A DNA stretch of 64,000 nucleotides. It comes from Haplodiscus bocki (taxonomy: Eukaryota). The DNA lies in contig OZ296649.1 in NCBI GenBank assembly GCA_965655095.1, forward strand, positions 68,200,001 through 68,264,000. The letters run 5' to 3'. A model generated the notes under the pieces. That model was given only the letters and a program-made list of their open reading frames with translations. It was not told the origin of the DNA and did no database searches. Below, piece after piece: positions 37,484-51,844 of this stretch (its first letter is position 1; every line of letters begins with the position of its first letter). Made by a program: the position numbers and the translations under genes.

Positions 37484-40400
37484 GTGGGACATTTACAGGC
37501 AATGCATTTGAAAGAAGAAGTGATTTCACGAAGTCCTTCCTGGCAATCATCACTGGAAGCTGCTAGAAATGAAATTCTGGAAAAGAAGGAAAAGCAAGCT
37601 ATCGAACGACGAAAAAAACAACGAAGAAAAGAACTAATGAAAGTGCAATCAATGAAAGTCCCTTTAACAGTTCCATCAAAAACAGTAACTTTCACTCCGA
37701 CAGTGAGTACTTCAAAGGTGGAGACAATGTCAGTCGCGTCATTTGTGTCATTCCATGGTGACGATTGTCACAATATCTCCGACAACAAGCACTGAACTAG
37801 CAGTGTCTGCCAGTGGTGGGAATGCAAAGAAGAATAACCTGAGTTCAAGTGAAACTCAAAAAACCAAAAGTGGAGCGCTCGAATTTGACAGACTATCACT
37901 TGGATCAAACTGTTCCAATGGTAGTCAAAAAAGACAACAGTCATCAAGCAGTCATCTGAAACATCAAAAACTGAAGCTCGAGCTGGAGTCTAAACGAATC
38001 AAATTACAAGCAGAGCAATATCAAAAACAGAAAGGGGAAGATTTGCGACAACTGCAAGAGAAAATGCAACTTCTGGAATTGGAACATTAACTACGCCAGT
38101 GCGGTGGCGAAAGTGAATATGAAACAGTTACTGGCTTTAAAGTCCTCGATGTTTGGAATTATTTGGAACTGGATAACAACAGTCTTGTTGGCTCTAAAGC
38201 TGTGATTGGCATCATGGCTCCACTGGTATCGCAGTCAGACGTCCGAACTAAGCTTTCAAATGATTAGCAGAATAATGTTTTGAACGATTTGCCTAACGAA
38301 AACGGATTTGATCTCAGTACGCTCAAAGTCAAAGCTGAAGAAACACCGAAGTTTTCGCTATTCCCTACTTTGAGTGCGGAATCTCCACTGAGGAGATTAC
38401 TGGGTGAGTTCACTCCAACATATTTTCAGACAAGTTCGATTCCAATGGAAAACATGGGAGCAGTGAATTCAGCTAACAAAAACCATCAAAGTGCGGGTCA
38501 AATGGCATTCAATGGTCGATATTTACCCAAAATTAAACTGAAGGAGTTTGCTGGCGACCCTTTGGAATGGCAGGAATGGAGTGGAAATCTCAGTCTACAG
38601 TTGGGAGAAATTCAAAAACCAATGATGAGAAAATGAGTCATTTTATAACTTCACCGACATGTGCGGCGAGGAGATCAGTTCAAGGTTTGGTTTATTCTGG
38701 GTCCATGTTCAGCGCTGCTTAGAATACTTTGGAAAGAAAGTTTGGACAACTTTATTTCATCATATCCGCACAGCTATCCAGAATATAGTAGTATCCATCA
38801 ATGAAATATCAGGATTCTAAAAGTTTAGTGGACTTTGCTGATATCCTTTCAGATTTTGTTGGTGTTCTTCAACAATTTGGTTACTCTAACAACTTATTTT
38901 CGACGAGCATTCTGGAAATGGTCTTTGGAAAGTTGCCTCTTGACATGAGACGCAAGTGGTTTGTAATTATTGAGAAACACCAAATCCGTGCAAAACCACC
39001 TAGCTTGATGGATTTGAATACTTGGCTACAAGAGCAGGCATTTGTACATGAGCGCTTTTTGAGTGGCTTGAAAACATCAGAGTATGATCTCGGCAGGCCC
39101 AATGAGGATTCCAAGAAAAGGGATCCAAAAGACCGCAAGTGTATTTCCGAAGTCGTTGTCAGTGACAAAAAGAGCACTAACCATTGCCCATTGCGAGACG
39201 GTGTCCAACGTATTTGGCAATGTGAAGCCTTCAAGAAAAGGTTCGCAGATGATCGCTAAAAGGTTGTGAAAAACGAAAGAAATTGTTTGTCATGTCTCAA
39301 TGGTAGCCATCAAAACAACCATTGCAAAACAGGAAAGTGTGGCATTGATGCACAATCGGTTGCTTCACAGAGCAGTCAAGTCAGTGGAGGCTGCCGTTAG
39401 CAAAGCAGAAACAAATATGACAACTATCAGTGGAACCAATGTGCGAGGAGCTTTGCCAGTGGTTCCAATCAGGGTCCATGGGCAAATTGGGTCTCATGAA
39501 GACACCATGGTTTTGTGTGATACCGGCTGGTCACAGACATGGGTTGATCAAGTGTTCTGAGAAAAGCTCAATTTGGATGGAGAGGAAAAGACAATTCATG
39601 TAGCTGGTAACCACGGTACCTCACCAATTCAGAGCCAGGAAGTTGAAGTTCTACTTGGGCCGGCAGATAGCAGTGCCGCTAACACATGTACTATATTGTT
39701 GAACAGTCTCAAGATTTTTGCCGTTGGAAAAGAAGATTTTGACTTGAGGCCACTGTAGCGAAAGTATGGTCATTTTTCATGCATTTGTCAAAACACCATA
39801 CGCCTGTCTGAAGTGGAGGTATTGCTAGGACAGGACGCATTCCCTTGATCTGCCCTGTTGCCTTCAAGAATCGTGGCACGAATACCCCTTGTGCAGTCAA
39901 GTTGTCACTGGCTTGGACGCTAAGCGGACCATTTCCCGCCTCAGAAAAGGCAAAATTCTATTCAGTCTGTAGTAAGAGCGAAGAATTGACAGCTGTTGTG
40001 AAACAATGGTGGATTTTGGAGTCCTACAGAACAGTGGTTTCGGTGGATGATTATAGCAGCGGTGAGAAACAAGCTTTATCTCATGTCAATAATACTATTT
40101 AATTTAAGGACGGAATATACATTGTGGGTCTCCTTTCGAATGGACAGCAAAAGGACCTTTAGAACAACTATTCGGCTGCCCTCAGCCAGCTGAAGTCACT
40201 CGAGGAAAGATTTGGCAAAAATGAATTTTTGAAAGATTGTTTTTCTGACACTATTGAAAGTGACCTGAAGAAGGGGCATGTCTCAAAATTGGAGACATCA
40301 GATAACATCAGTGAAACTCTGTGTTGGTATCTTCCTCATCATTCTGTTCTCAGCCCGACCAAACTTGAAAAGGTACGAAGAGTTTAAAATGCTACAAGCA

Positions 40401-43282
40401 AACTCAGAGGAACTTCTTTGAATGACGTATTGTTGATTGGACGAGACCTACTACAGAGTTTGTGGGGTATTATCCTCTTATTCCGAGAAAAGCCTGTAAC
40501 CCTGTTGGCAGACATTGAAAAAATGTTTCTCCTGGTGGAAGTGGAAGTAGACGACAGAAACTTATTTCGAGTTTTATGGAGAAAGCATGATGGACAATTA
40601 CAAATGATGGGTTTAACAATTACATTTTTCGAGCAAAGTCATCACCAACATGTGTTAATTTTGCACTTCAGCAGTGAGGAAAAGACTCAGAGACTTGGAG
40701 GCCCACAAAGTGGTTTTGTCAAGCTTTTATATGGATGAATTGTTGGTTTCAGTCGAAGATGTTGAGAGAGCCAAGGTTTAGTCGAGTGAATTGCAGACAG
40801 TGCTTATGACAGGGAGTTTCAACTTGACTAAATGGGGTTCAAACGACGCAGATGTATTCAAAGATTGAACACCAGCCAAGAAAAACCCTACAGTACTCGA
40901 GCTGCAATGGCCGCTAGAGCGCGACGAATTGAAACTTTGTTCTGGGGTCTCTTTCGAAAGTCAACATCAGTGGACAAAGAGAGAAGTGTTATCAAAAGTG
41001 TCAAATCGATTTGACCCATTGGGTTTTATGTTTCTATTCTCAATAAGAAGGAAACTGGTCATGAACAACATCTGGCAAACTCAATGGCAACTATGGGAAA
41101 AGCCAATTGGAGAGAGTTCGGAGAAAACTTTCAATACCTGAAATTTAGAGTTATCGCAAAACAATACAATGGCTGTACAATGATTGTTCAAAATGACTAA
41201 CAATGAAAAACGAGAGCTGCATGCTTCTGGAGATGCTTCATAGGACGCCGTTTGTGCAGTTGCATACGTGGTGAAAGGTATAGATTACAGGCATGTCAGT
41301 TTTGCCATGGACAAACCAAGATTTGCACCAATGAAGCATCATACCATACCTAAGCTGGAACTAATGGCAGCTGTTACTGCAACAAGATTGAAAGAGATGT
41401 TGATTAAAAAACTTGAGTGTAACTTCAGTGGAATCTTCATGTGGACAGATTCGACGACTCTGTTACAGTGGATTAGAATCAGTGACAAGAAGCAACCAGT
41501 CTTTGTGGCCGATAGAATAGCGGAAATTTTGTTTTCGACAACAGTGGATCGTTGAAATCACAACGATGGCGTAAAGGACCCAGCTAATCTGGGAGCACGT
41601 GGCATCAGCCATCCAGAATTTATGGAAAGTGATTGGGTGTAGGGTCCTCTTTGACTGAAAGACGAGGACTTGATATCACATTTTGATCAAAATTTGACTA
41701 GTGAAGACCAACAAGTGGATGATCACTTTAAAGAGGCCACCAATTTTGAAACGCAGGCGTTTTCTGGGGCTTTAGCTCAAAAGTCAATTGAGTGGGGACG
41801 ATGTTCACAGTTCAACCGCTTCAAGTTTATGGTAAAGCCATTTCTGTAAATGCTCTCAAAATGCAGATGTTTGAGTTTGGTCCAGCTAATATTGTTGGCA
41901 GAATTCAAAATCTGGTTGCTAGTGCAGCATGAGTGTTCTTCGAGTGAATGTATTGCTTTGAGGAAGACCATGATGGTACATAGCAAGAGCAAGTTAATTG
42001 GACTCTTGCCGTTTTTAGACAGTGATGATATCATGCATTCGAATGGAAGACTACGCAAAGCAGATGAGGAGTATCAGACAAAACACGTCATCATACTGCA
42101 CAGTCAACACAGGGCAGGGAAACATTTTCTCGATGAAATGCACAAAACATGCCATCATGATGGTGATGAATATCTGAGAAGCGAAGTCCAGCAAAAGTTT
42201 TGGATAATTGGTTTGAGGAATGCTCTTCGATCTGTGAAGCATGATTATGTTCATTGCAAGAATTTGGCACGAGCAATGAATATTCAAATGTCAAACCTAC
42301 CAGCAAGTAGATTGGATGGAACGAATCATCTTTTCCGTATATGTGGAGTGGATAACTTCGGGCCATTCCAAGTGAAACACTCCCAGAAGACAGTGAGAAA
42401 TGTGATTTTTCTGTTCACCTGTTTCAGCACCAGAGCAATCCACCTCAAAATTGTGTCGTCACTGGACACGCCAAGTTTTTTAGATGCCACTCATAGATTT
42501 TTGGCTAGACGAGGGTGTCCAAAAATCATTCTATCCGTCAAAGGTACCAATTTGGTTGAAGCAGCTCAAGGGTTTCGTGAACTACTTTCCGGTTTGCATG
42601 GAACTCAACTGGAAGAAGATACTGTCAAATTGGGTATCAATTGGACATTCAACCCATCGAGGGAACCACAGTTTGCCGGAGTTTAGGAAAATTTGGCGAG
42701 ATCACGCAAGAAAGCCATATTTAATATTCTTGGTTCTCAATCGCTGAAGGAAGAGCAACTGACAACGATAATTTGTTCAGTGGAAGAACTGCTTATTATC
42801 AGTCCTTGACAGCATCCAGCAGCGATACTGCAGATTTGGAGGCACTTCGTTCAAACGATTTCATCTCCGGACGATCTACGTTTGACTACCCAAGTGTAGT
42901 ATTCAATGGTGGGTCCACTGCCTTGAAAAAGGCTTTCTGGGCACTTAGTCAATTCATGAAGAAGTTATGGGACAGGTGGATGAAGGAAAATCTACCGCAG
43001 TTGACAACAAGAAAGAAATGGGCAACTGAAGAGAAACGACTGATGTCAGTTGGAGAATTTGTTTGGATTTGAGACGAGCAATGTCACCCCTTTAACTACC
43101 CTATGGGAAGAAATCTGGAGCTTCACACTGGTGACGATGAAGTATCCAGATCAGCAACAGTAAAGACTAGTCGAGAACAATTCAAAAGACCGCATGTCAA
43201 CTCGGTTCGTCCGGAGATTGACCGCAATGATGTGTTTTTGACGACCAAAGCCATGGCCGGCGATGTTGCAGTCGAAGACTGA
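37484..43282 (+). pseudogene. BEL/Pao gag-pol polyprotein, fragmented
   Basis: LPKIKLKEFAGDPLEWQEW (gag), Cys-His clusters at ~39180-39370, LCDTG (PR), ADIEKMF (RT), GDAS/TIPKLELMAAV/WTDST (RNase H), GVDNFGP (IN), WDRWMKENLPQL (C-terminal domain). Confidence 0.9.
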
Positions 43283-44465
43283 AAAACTTGAGAAATTGGA
43301 AAGTTTTCTTGTCTGGTTGAGATAGATGATAGAGGTTTTTAAACCTCAAAAATGCCTTACCAGTTGCTCAAGACATGATATCATTAATAAGGTGCATTAC
43401 GCCGCCTTTATGAACCCTAAAACAGTACAAAACAGTGAATTCAAAACCTGATCCCACCCTGATCTTTAAAGTGCCGTCTTTCAAGGTCACTTAATGCTAT
43501 TGACCTGAGTTTTCAAAGTTCCCGTTCTATATGCACCAATCTATCTATGTGCCAACATTCAGCCTAAACAGACAATGAAAATTTGATTTTTTTGCCCAAG
43601 TGGACCTGTTTGATGGTTATATCTCATTTCATAAACTTTTGAGTTTTCGGCCGATGTTTGATCTATTTTTTTGAAGTTCATTTTTGAGGGCTTCAGTTAG
43701 CTGCGTGGTGCTGCAACGTTCAAGAATGATTGCCATATTGACCTTTGCCTTTGTGACCCGTGCTTGAGGCTTGATTTACAAATATGAGAAAGATTTCTCA
43801 TGTTTTGGGGAGAACTTTGTTTTTTTTACAAACTTTTTGTCATTTCCTTCATTTTCTGTCCTTGTTAAATGTCAAATGTGATCTCGCCCGTTTTTTCGAC
43901 TATAGTCCGCCCCACTTGAGTGCTTTTATGGTATTATTTCTTGCCCGATATTTTTACTTTCATCAAAGATGCAATTTTTAGTATAATTGTTACGTTTATT
44001 TTGTTATAATGATTACATCTTTTGCCTGATTCTGAAAACCTTGTAAAAGTTTAGCTGTGCTGGTCCCCATGGTAACCCCTTGCCCCAACACGTTTTAAAA
44101 ATTTCAGTTTTTGTTTTTATGAAAAGTGTTTGCTGTCATTATTTGTTGTGTAAACATTGGATATTCTGGTTTAGTTCAGAATTAATAAATATCTCACCGG
44201 AAAAAAGTTGCTCTGAAACTCGATACTTTAACAAGCATTTCTTTATGCTAGAGTTTGCAGGCAAAGTTTCAGTCAGATAGAGATTTGAAACCAAGATTGC
44301 TGAAAGCTCAAAGACAGCATTAAATTTGTGGGAAACTTCGATTTTAGAACTAGCCAAAGTGGGAGGTAATTCAACCAATCAGAAAATACAGTCCTTTCAA
44401 AACTATTGGACGGACCAAGGCCGGTGTAATGTATAAGATTAGAGTGTTCTTGTACAGCAGTTACA
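43264..44465 (+). repeat. 3' LTR of BEL/Pao element
   Basis: TGTTGCAG...GTTACA, homologous to the 5' LTR. Confidence 0.88.
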
Positions 44466-47177
44466 TTGTATGTGTTCGAATCTATTTCTCTGGCGTGTTG
44501 CTTTGCTTCCCAATCTTCTTGTTGGACTGGTTGTTTTTTCTTTCTTTCACGTTTCATTTCGAATCTACAAAAGCTTCTTCGGATTTTAAGGAATCGATAT
44601 TTAAATTGGTGTATTGATTTGATTTTTTCAAGCATTGTCAGTTGCTGTTGATGCCTTTTCTTTCTTTTCCTCCTGAATCAGGGCGCAGTATTTTCAATTT
44701 TTCTTCGGTCATCTTTATGTAGTCGGTATCGGTAACCTTTCAAGATCGTTTCTTGCGTTAAAACTCTATTTTAAAACGCTTGCTGGATTTGCAGTGTAAA
44801 TTTTTACGGTTAAAAATAGTTAACACATCAAAAAATCTGTGCCACTATATATAACGGAGAACTATAGATTGATTTCATCCTTCTTTGGATAATTAGCAAG
44901 TGTCGAACAAAGTTTATCATGGTTTCTTCAACACCAGAAGTTCCTCGGCGTAAAACTCAATTCTCGTTAAGCGGTTATGTAAAGCGGTTATATCTGGTTA
45001 TGACAAAGAAAAAGAGACTTTCGGAAATGTTTGAAAGAAATTGTGGAAACTGCATGGCAGGAGATAAATACACGTATAATTGTTCTTGTTTTTGAAAGTG
45101 CCAGTTACAGCAAGCTCTCTTACATCAAAGTGAGAAAAATATTCAGTAGAAAATTGACTTTCTGGCAGAAACTGATGACTGATATTAGGTTACCTTTTTT
45201 GCAAATTAGGTCAAATGAAATGTTAATACGAAATTTTGTTGCCTCATTAGACGCATCATTGTTTAGATAGTAAACAATTTTGAAACTACAGCATAGCTTT
45301 GTCCGAAAATTTCACAGGCAACTATCAGACAACTTTTCGAAAACGCAGCCGTTGTATTAAGTTGTGTTTGAAGCGAAAAAATTTGAAGTTGAAACTCTGA
45401 GGTGAGAATTCGGAGCACATAGTGTACTCCTGTATTTCTTAGAAGATATAAATTTAGATAAGGACGGGGCAGTCTGTTGTCTGCCTTCTGTGTTAACTTA
45501 CTGTTTTTTGGGAATGTTTTTTTCATCAATTTTCAACTATTTTAGCCCCATCTATTTTCATCGTGTTCCATCTATGGTCCATCGATGGCCATTGTGAAAA
45601 GCATAATGGCTATCGATTGAGAAGGGATGGTTCATTGATGGAAGTCGATAGAGGGTGAAAGTTCCATCGATGGAAATTATTGGTAGATAAACCTGCGCGA
45701 CTGGTTTCTTTAACGCAACGGAGTTAGCGGTGGTTGCATTTTTACTGTTGCTACTCGTCTCATTGCGACCCACTTGTGTCACATTGACGGCGTTTTCACT
45801 AAAACTTTGTTCACCGTTACCTGTTGAATGATCGGGAAGTGATCTACGTTCAGACTCCTTCTAATCTGTCTGGTGCTCAGACCACTTTGTGAAGATGTAG
45901 GTTGCTTGATGAATTGACTTAATGTTTTCTATGAAACTTCTACTAATACTTTGCCCTATTTTACAAACATTCAAATTTGAAAACTCAAATCAAGAAATTC
46001 AGCGCTCCCTGAGACCAAAGAATGGACTGACAAAAGGCTTTTGTAGCTCCCATTTATATAATTTGCAAGTTGCCTATGATTTATCATCTAAAAAGAAGAA
46101 GTTACTTAAAATAGCACCAAAATGATACACATAGTGCTGACATGGAATCAAGCTATTTTATGTTTTCAACGGCGGATGACTTTTTTTTATTAAACTGCGT
46201 AGCCTACACATTCGATCTCAGTTATAAAACACTGTAAAGTACAGTAAAAGGAATTCGATTAGATTATGTTTCATGTTTAACCACTTTAACGTTTAAAATG
46301 CCATGAGAATACTTCTTTGTTTTCACGTATATACAACAAACTAATTGTGGCCACATAAGAAATGTTTTTCGTTTTTGTTATGCACTGTAACTTTTGCAGT
46401 TTGAGCTTCAAATTGAAAACTTATGTGTAAGTTATCTGAAAAATTGTAAGTTAGTGGCGTTTGAGTACTGTTCTGCAATTTTTCGAAGGATTTGTGTATA
46501 TTAAGCGATAACAGTTGGTAATTGATAGCTCTCACATTTAGGCAATGTGAATTGTGCATGAGACTCTACTATACTTTGTTTAAGAAACGTTTTGAATATT
46601 TCCGTTATGTACATTTCAAAAACATTCTGAATTCGAAACTGGTACCAAATTTCGCTTGGCGAATCAAACTTACTATAAACCACCAACGTTATAAACGACA
46701 ATTGTTAACTTGGTTTTCTTAAATTAAAGTCTAGAAGCTTAAAACACATTATCGACGTCCATGTCTCTGCTCTCAGCATGCATGTGGTTGGAAATAGGTC
46801 ATGTCACTTACTGCAAAAGGCTGACAATCGCCCCATGCAAGTAAATCTGGGCAAAAAGCTAAGTTGGAGATAAATTTTAGACACATTTTGCAAAGTGCCC
46901 CAATAGTCACATCAAAAGTATTGCTTTCTTTTGACAAAAACTAGTTGCAATTACCTTCGGAAACGTCGGTCTGTCCTTGGTGTAAAATAATTTGCAAAAA
47001 TTTCCGAAGCCACAAAAAATTCACAAAGCACATTTTTCTGCCATTTTGCTTGCATTAAAGAACTCAAAATTCCAGTATAACAGGCTTTCAACTGATTCAT
47101 GTGTACGTCGATTAGTCATTTTATAACGGGCGAATATCAATCTCCAACAAAGTTTTACAAACAGATATCGCTCAATT

Positions 47178-47664
47178 AGATTTTTCCGCCCATATTCATA
47201 AAATGAAAAAAAATATCCACTCAAAGCGGTGCGTTTTTATTTGTTTACTCGCCACATGTCTGGGCAGACCACCCAGGTTCTGAACTTGGAATTTGTCATC
47301 ATCAAATTATAACAAATTTACCGTAAAATGCGATTGAAATGGTATGATTTCTCAGAAACGTACGAAAATTCAGTTTTTTTTTGAAAAAAATTGGGTGTTT
47401 TTTCGGCAGAACCTGATTTTTTTTTCAGAATTGATTGAGGTGCCAAATTTGTTGAGCACTGCGTATCGGATGATACAATTTCTCAAAAATATTTATTCCA
47501 CCTTAACTGTGACTTTTTTTGCAAAAAATCAAAAATTTTCAATTTAGAAAAAATGCAAAACTTGATGAATAGTATTTTTTGGAAGCCAACTTTTTCATGC
47601 TCTTAAAAAGCATATTCAACAAAATTGGAGGGTGGAAAATATGTCGATGGTAGGTGACCGTCTT
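47178..47664 (+). mobile_element. Helitron-like repeat (copy D); further partial copies at ~51135-51496 and ~53440-53845
   Basis: tttttccgcccatatt... to ...aaaatatgtcgatggtaggtgaccgtctt, colinear with copy B. Confidence 0.5.
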
Positions 47665-50499
47665 TTTTAGTTATTACCCTGCATAGGCGATTCTTATATA
47701 CAAGAATTCAGACACTTCCTGTTTTTTGGGTGGGCAATCTTTGCGTTTAAATAATCACACCTATTCACCAGACACACACGTCTCAAATTTCAGTAACATT
47801 TGTGAAAAATGGTTCTAAGGGCTAAAATAGTGTGATTTTGGCGTACAGACCAATTTAACTTGAGAAAACGTTAATGCAAAAATGAACTGATTTCCAGTTG
47901 TTTGGACTAGATAGTGAATTTAGCTCAAAAAAGGAAGCAGACGATGCTTCCGGAAACGTGAATAATTTTCAATTTGAATATATTAGGTCCAAAAAAGGAT
48001 GGTCAATGTTATGCCCGCACGAAGGAAAAACTGAGTTTTCTACCTATACCTAAAACTACGTCTTTGTTTTATATGTAGGAAGCAACTACAGTTGATAAGA
48101 TCTTGATGCAAGTTGTGTAGCCGAAAATTGCGAAAAAGTCTAAATACAACTCTGACATATAACTTCCCCTCTCCCCCGATATCAATGCAATTTTATAATA
48201 TAATACACACTATGCAGTTTGTAAAAATAGGTATTGCTGAGCCTTCTATAAATTTGCAGTTTTATATACACCGAAACCAACTGTGCAGAAATCACCAGAA
48301 ACGTGAAACATATTGGCTTTAGAATCTGACAGAAGCTTATAGGTGAAATTGCGCTTTAAGACACTAACAGACACCGGTGCGTTTCAGCCAGAAGCTTGCA
48401 TCCTTACAAGTGATCTCTGTAATGCATCTCCCGACCTTTCTGGTGCCTGAGTTAGTAACTACATGTAATGGCGCTAACGCAGATAATTTCCGATGTCTGA
48501 TAACCCTTCAAATTGATACAGTCAATCTAATAGCACACAAGACATTTTGTGACATCCCACATGGACCGTGGCAGTGGAGATGACAGGGCAACAGCCGAAC
48601 AAGCTGATACATCAAGATACCGACATTTTCCGATGTCTGCAAAAATCAAGCAATCTTGGCAATCTAGCACACGGAAATTCTCCGATGCAAATCGGAAACT
48701 GTGGTAGACACCTTCATTTGATTATGTGAACATGAAATGTCATGTCTATGTCAAATCTATAACTTACATTCAGTAGTTAAACGAATCTTTGCTCCATCTC
48801 TTTATTATTCGTAGTGTTGCGCATTAATTTGCCTCAATGTCATGCGTATGAGACCCTAGCGGCGGATTTGCTTCTCACACTTTTTTTAATTGTTTAACGC
48901 TAAAACGAAGAGCCAATAAGAGCTCACTGATGGTGAAAATTGCGTCATAACATTGGTCACGTGACCGCGCAAATACGTCCACAAAGAGAAACATGCACCA
49001 TTCATTAACGCAGAGATACGGCAGAAGTCAAAGCTAGCCAGTACCGATTGAAGAGCAGAAAAGTTACTTGAATGCACGCATCGCTTTACATCTGTTTTGC
49101 TTTTTTTTGTTAAACCAATAAATATTATTTTAATCTGACAACTGTCAATATTGCCTAAAATTCAATTGTTTCACTGATTTTATGAGCTTTTCCCTTGACT
49201 ATTGGACTCTTTGAAACGGTAAAACTTACAGCCAGAATTTACATCTTAAAATGTTCGTGAACGCTGTAAACTTCCCTGGTGCTCCCGTGATTCAAAGGGA
49301 GAGCAGATCAGCCCATCACTGGAGTCTCGCGCGACCTGATCGAGGAGAGAATCAAAGCGAACTTGGAACTCCTCAACGAGCAGATTTCTATGTTGGCGGA
49401 GCCATTGAACTAGCTGATTAAAAAACTCGACTTGTAACTCCCCAACGGCAGGTCCCCGTACTCAGCGTACGCAACCGGAACTCTCGCCCGGTAGTGATAT
49501 CGGAACCTCTAGAGGCCTGCGGGGAACAGCAACCGGGAGGAGGGGATCCCCGTTGGACAGTCAAGGACATTTTTTTGTTTCCTTGAGCCAGTCTTTTGAA
49601 TTTCGACTGACGGCTAACTGAAAAGAGATTTGGAAAACTTAGTTGAAGTCGAAAGCTCTATAAAATGCTTTACTTTTCACAATGCAATAATTTTTTTCTT
49701 TTGAACATTATTTTCTGCTAAAGTTTTCTTTTTCAAGGACAATTCTTAAGATAATCAACAACTAATCCTGCGTGGCAGGCTAGAAGGCAGATCAAGACAA
49801 CAGCGAGTCGGTAGTTTTAGCGTTTCAGCTTTCAAATCGCATAACAATCTTCGCAACTTTAACGTGCCAATCACAGCTTGAGTTCGGACTTGCTGTTACG
49901 TCTTGCATTAAAGTTTTAGGGAAATAATTCCATCTTGTTACATCATGAGTGTTTCCAAATTAATGGCACTTTTATATCAACTTTGCTCGCTTCCTGAGCA
50001 AATTGACAGATGACACGGAGAAAAAAACGCTGAAGTGGAGACTTGCTTTTATTTAGGATGTGTTCCTAAACTTTATCGGTTGAAAAAATCAATCGATCTT
50101 TTAATAATTCCCTGGTTTCATACACAAACAATAATTATAAAAAAAACAACGTAACTTCTCGATTTATGAACATTCAGATATTAGATACAGTTCAAAGAAA
50201 TAGTTCTGAAACAAAATATCAGTGCTCTAACAAAACGTTACAGCAACGTTGAAAAGTTATGCACACGCATAGGGGTTGAATGAGACACTCTTATCTTAAT
50301 AGCTAGGGAATCCGGAATACCATTCAACTTAGAGATGCGATGAACATCCAGTCGGATTGTGCTGTAAACACAGCTTGAAATAAAAGTAAATATGCATCGT
50401 AACAAACAGAAAGAAAAATTTCAACTCAATCTTTTGAATTATGGCCCAGATAGAAAAAGTTTTCACTCATTTTTGATGCATTTGTTTTAATCTCTGCTG

Positions 50500-51123
50500 T
50501 CCCGGGTTCAAGTCCCAGAGATAATCCGCACTGAACAGCGCAGCTTTAAAAAATTGACGTTTTTCATCGCTGATCCAGAGCACATGAAGAACATCAGCGC
50601 TGATCAGCGCGATTTCAGAACTGATCAGCGCGACTTCAGAACTGATCAGCGTTAATTTACTCTGAATCAACTCGGATACTAACACATGTAGAAGAGATTA
50701 TCAGAATGTGATAACGTAGTCAGAAGTGATGGAAGCGCATGAAGTAAAATGGCATTTCTGGTATTAAAGAAAATGAAAATTTTCCCAAAATTCTGCAAAA
50801 TGACAGCAAAAATTCAAATTTTTCGAAATAATCTTGAAAGTTCATCCCACTAAAACGGGAAAATGCTTTTGAAAGTTTGAACCATATTAGCTTTGTTACT
50901 TGAGCAGTGTGAGTTTGTGTTATATCATTGGTCCGGAAGAAGATTGAGTAACTGAATTTTTGGTCACTTCATCTCGAAAATTGGGATGAAAATTAGAGTT
51001 ATGTACCTCAAAAATAAGATATTGTTTACTATACTGAAAAAAAAGCCAAAAAATTGTAAATCGGAATCCTTCAGGAATGAGCGCTGTTCAGCGCTGTATC
51101 AGAGAAACTCAGCGCTGTTTCAG
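50500..51123. mobile_element. Probable non-autonomous DNA transposon fragment with CAGCGCTG subterminal repeats
   Basis: Clusters of (t)cagcgc(tg) at 50530-50650 and 51078-51123; no complete TIR/TSD found. Confidence 0.35.
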
Positions 51124-51644
51124 ATATAATGCGAGAAGTTTATCGCCGTAGAATGCGATTGAAATTGTGAGAATTCTCAAAAAGGTACAAAAAGATGGGT
51201 TGTTTCGAAAAAAGGTGGGTGATTTCTGAAAAAAAACCTGATTTTTTTAAATGAAAATCGGTGAAGCTCGCAATTTTAATGCAGATTGCGACTCAAAAGA
51301 TGTTTCTTGAAAATGTTTTTTTTCCACCTTATACATGAGGTTTTTTTGCGAGAGGTCGGAAATTTTTTATTTTTGGAAAAATTTCAAATTTGAAGATGAA
51401 AATCTATTTTTGAAAGAAAACGCTTTGATCCTTCTAAAAGGCATCTTCAACGAAGTTGGTGGGCGCAAAATATGCCGGTGGTAGCCGCATGTCATGTTAG
51501 TTGTTGCCTCGATGAAAAAAAAACAATGAGATTTATCATAAATTAAAAAATAAAAACTCCAAAACAGGCGCAAATTCCGTAACGCAAGGCTCGTGATGCA
51601 CAAGAATTGTGACAGAAGTAAAAACTTCACCAGTGGAACTTTTT

Positions 51645-51844
51645 NNNNNNNNNNNNNNNNNNNNNNNNNNNNNNNNNNNNNNNNNNNNNNNNNNNNNNNN
51701 NNNNNNNNNNNNNNNNNNNNNNNNNNNNNNNNNNNNNNNNNNNNNNNNNNNNNNNNNNNNNNNNNNNNNNNNNNNNNNNNNNNNNNNNNNNNNNNNNNNN
51801 NNNNNNNNNNNNNNNNNNNNNNNNNNNNNNNNNNNNNNNNNNNN
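51645..51844. other. Assembly gap (200 N)
   Basis: Run of N. Confidence 1.

Larger units (their letters stand above)
35911..44465 (+). mobile_element. BEL/Pao LTR retrotransposon, full length, old and disabled
   Basis: LTRs TGTTGC...GTTACA at 35911-37137 and 43264-44465; TSD TTGTG/TTGTA; PBS; BEL-type polyprotein motifs. Confidence 0.92.
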
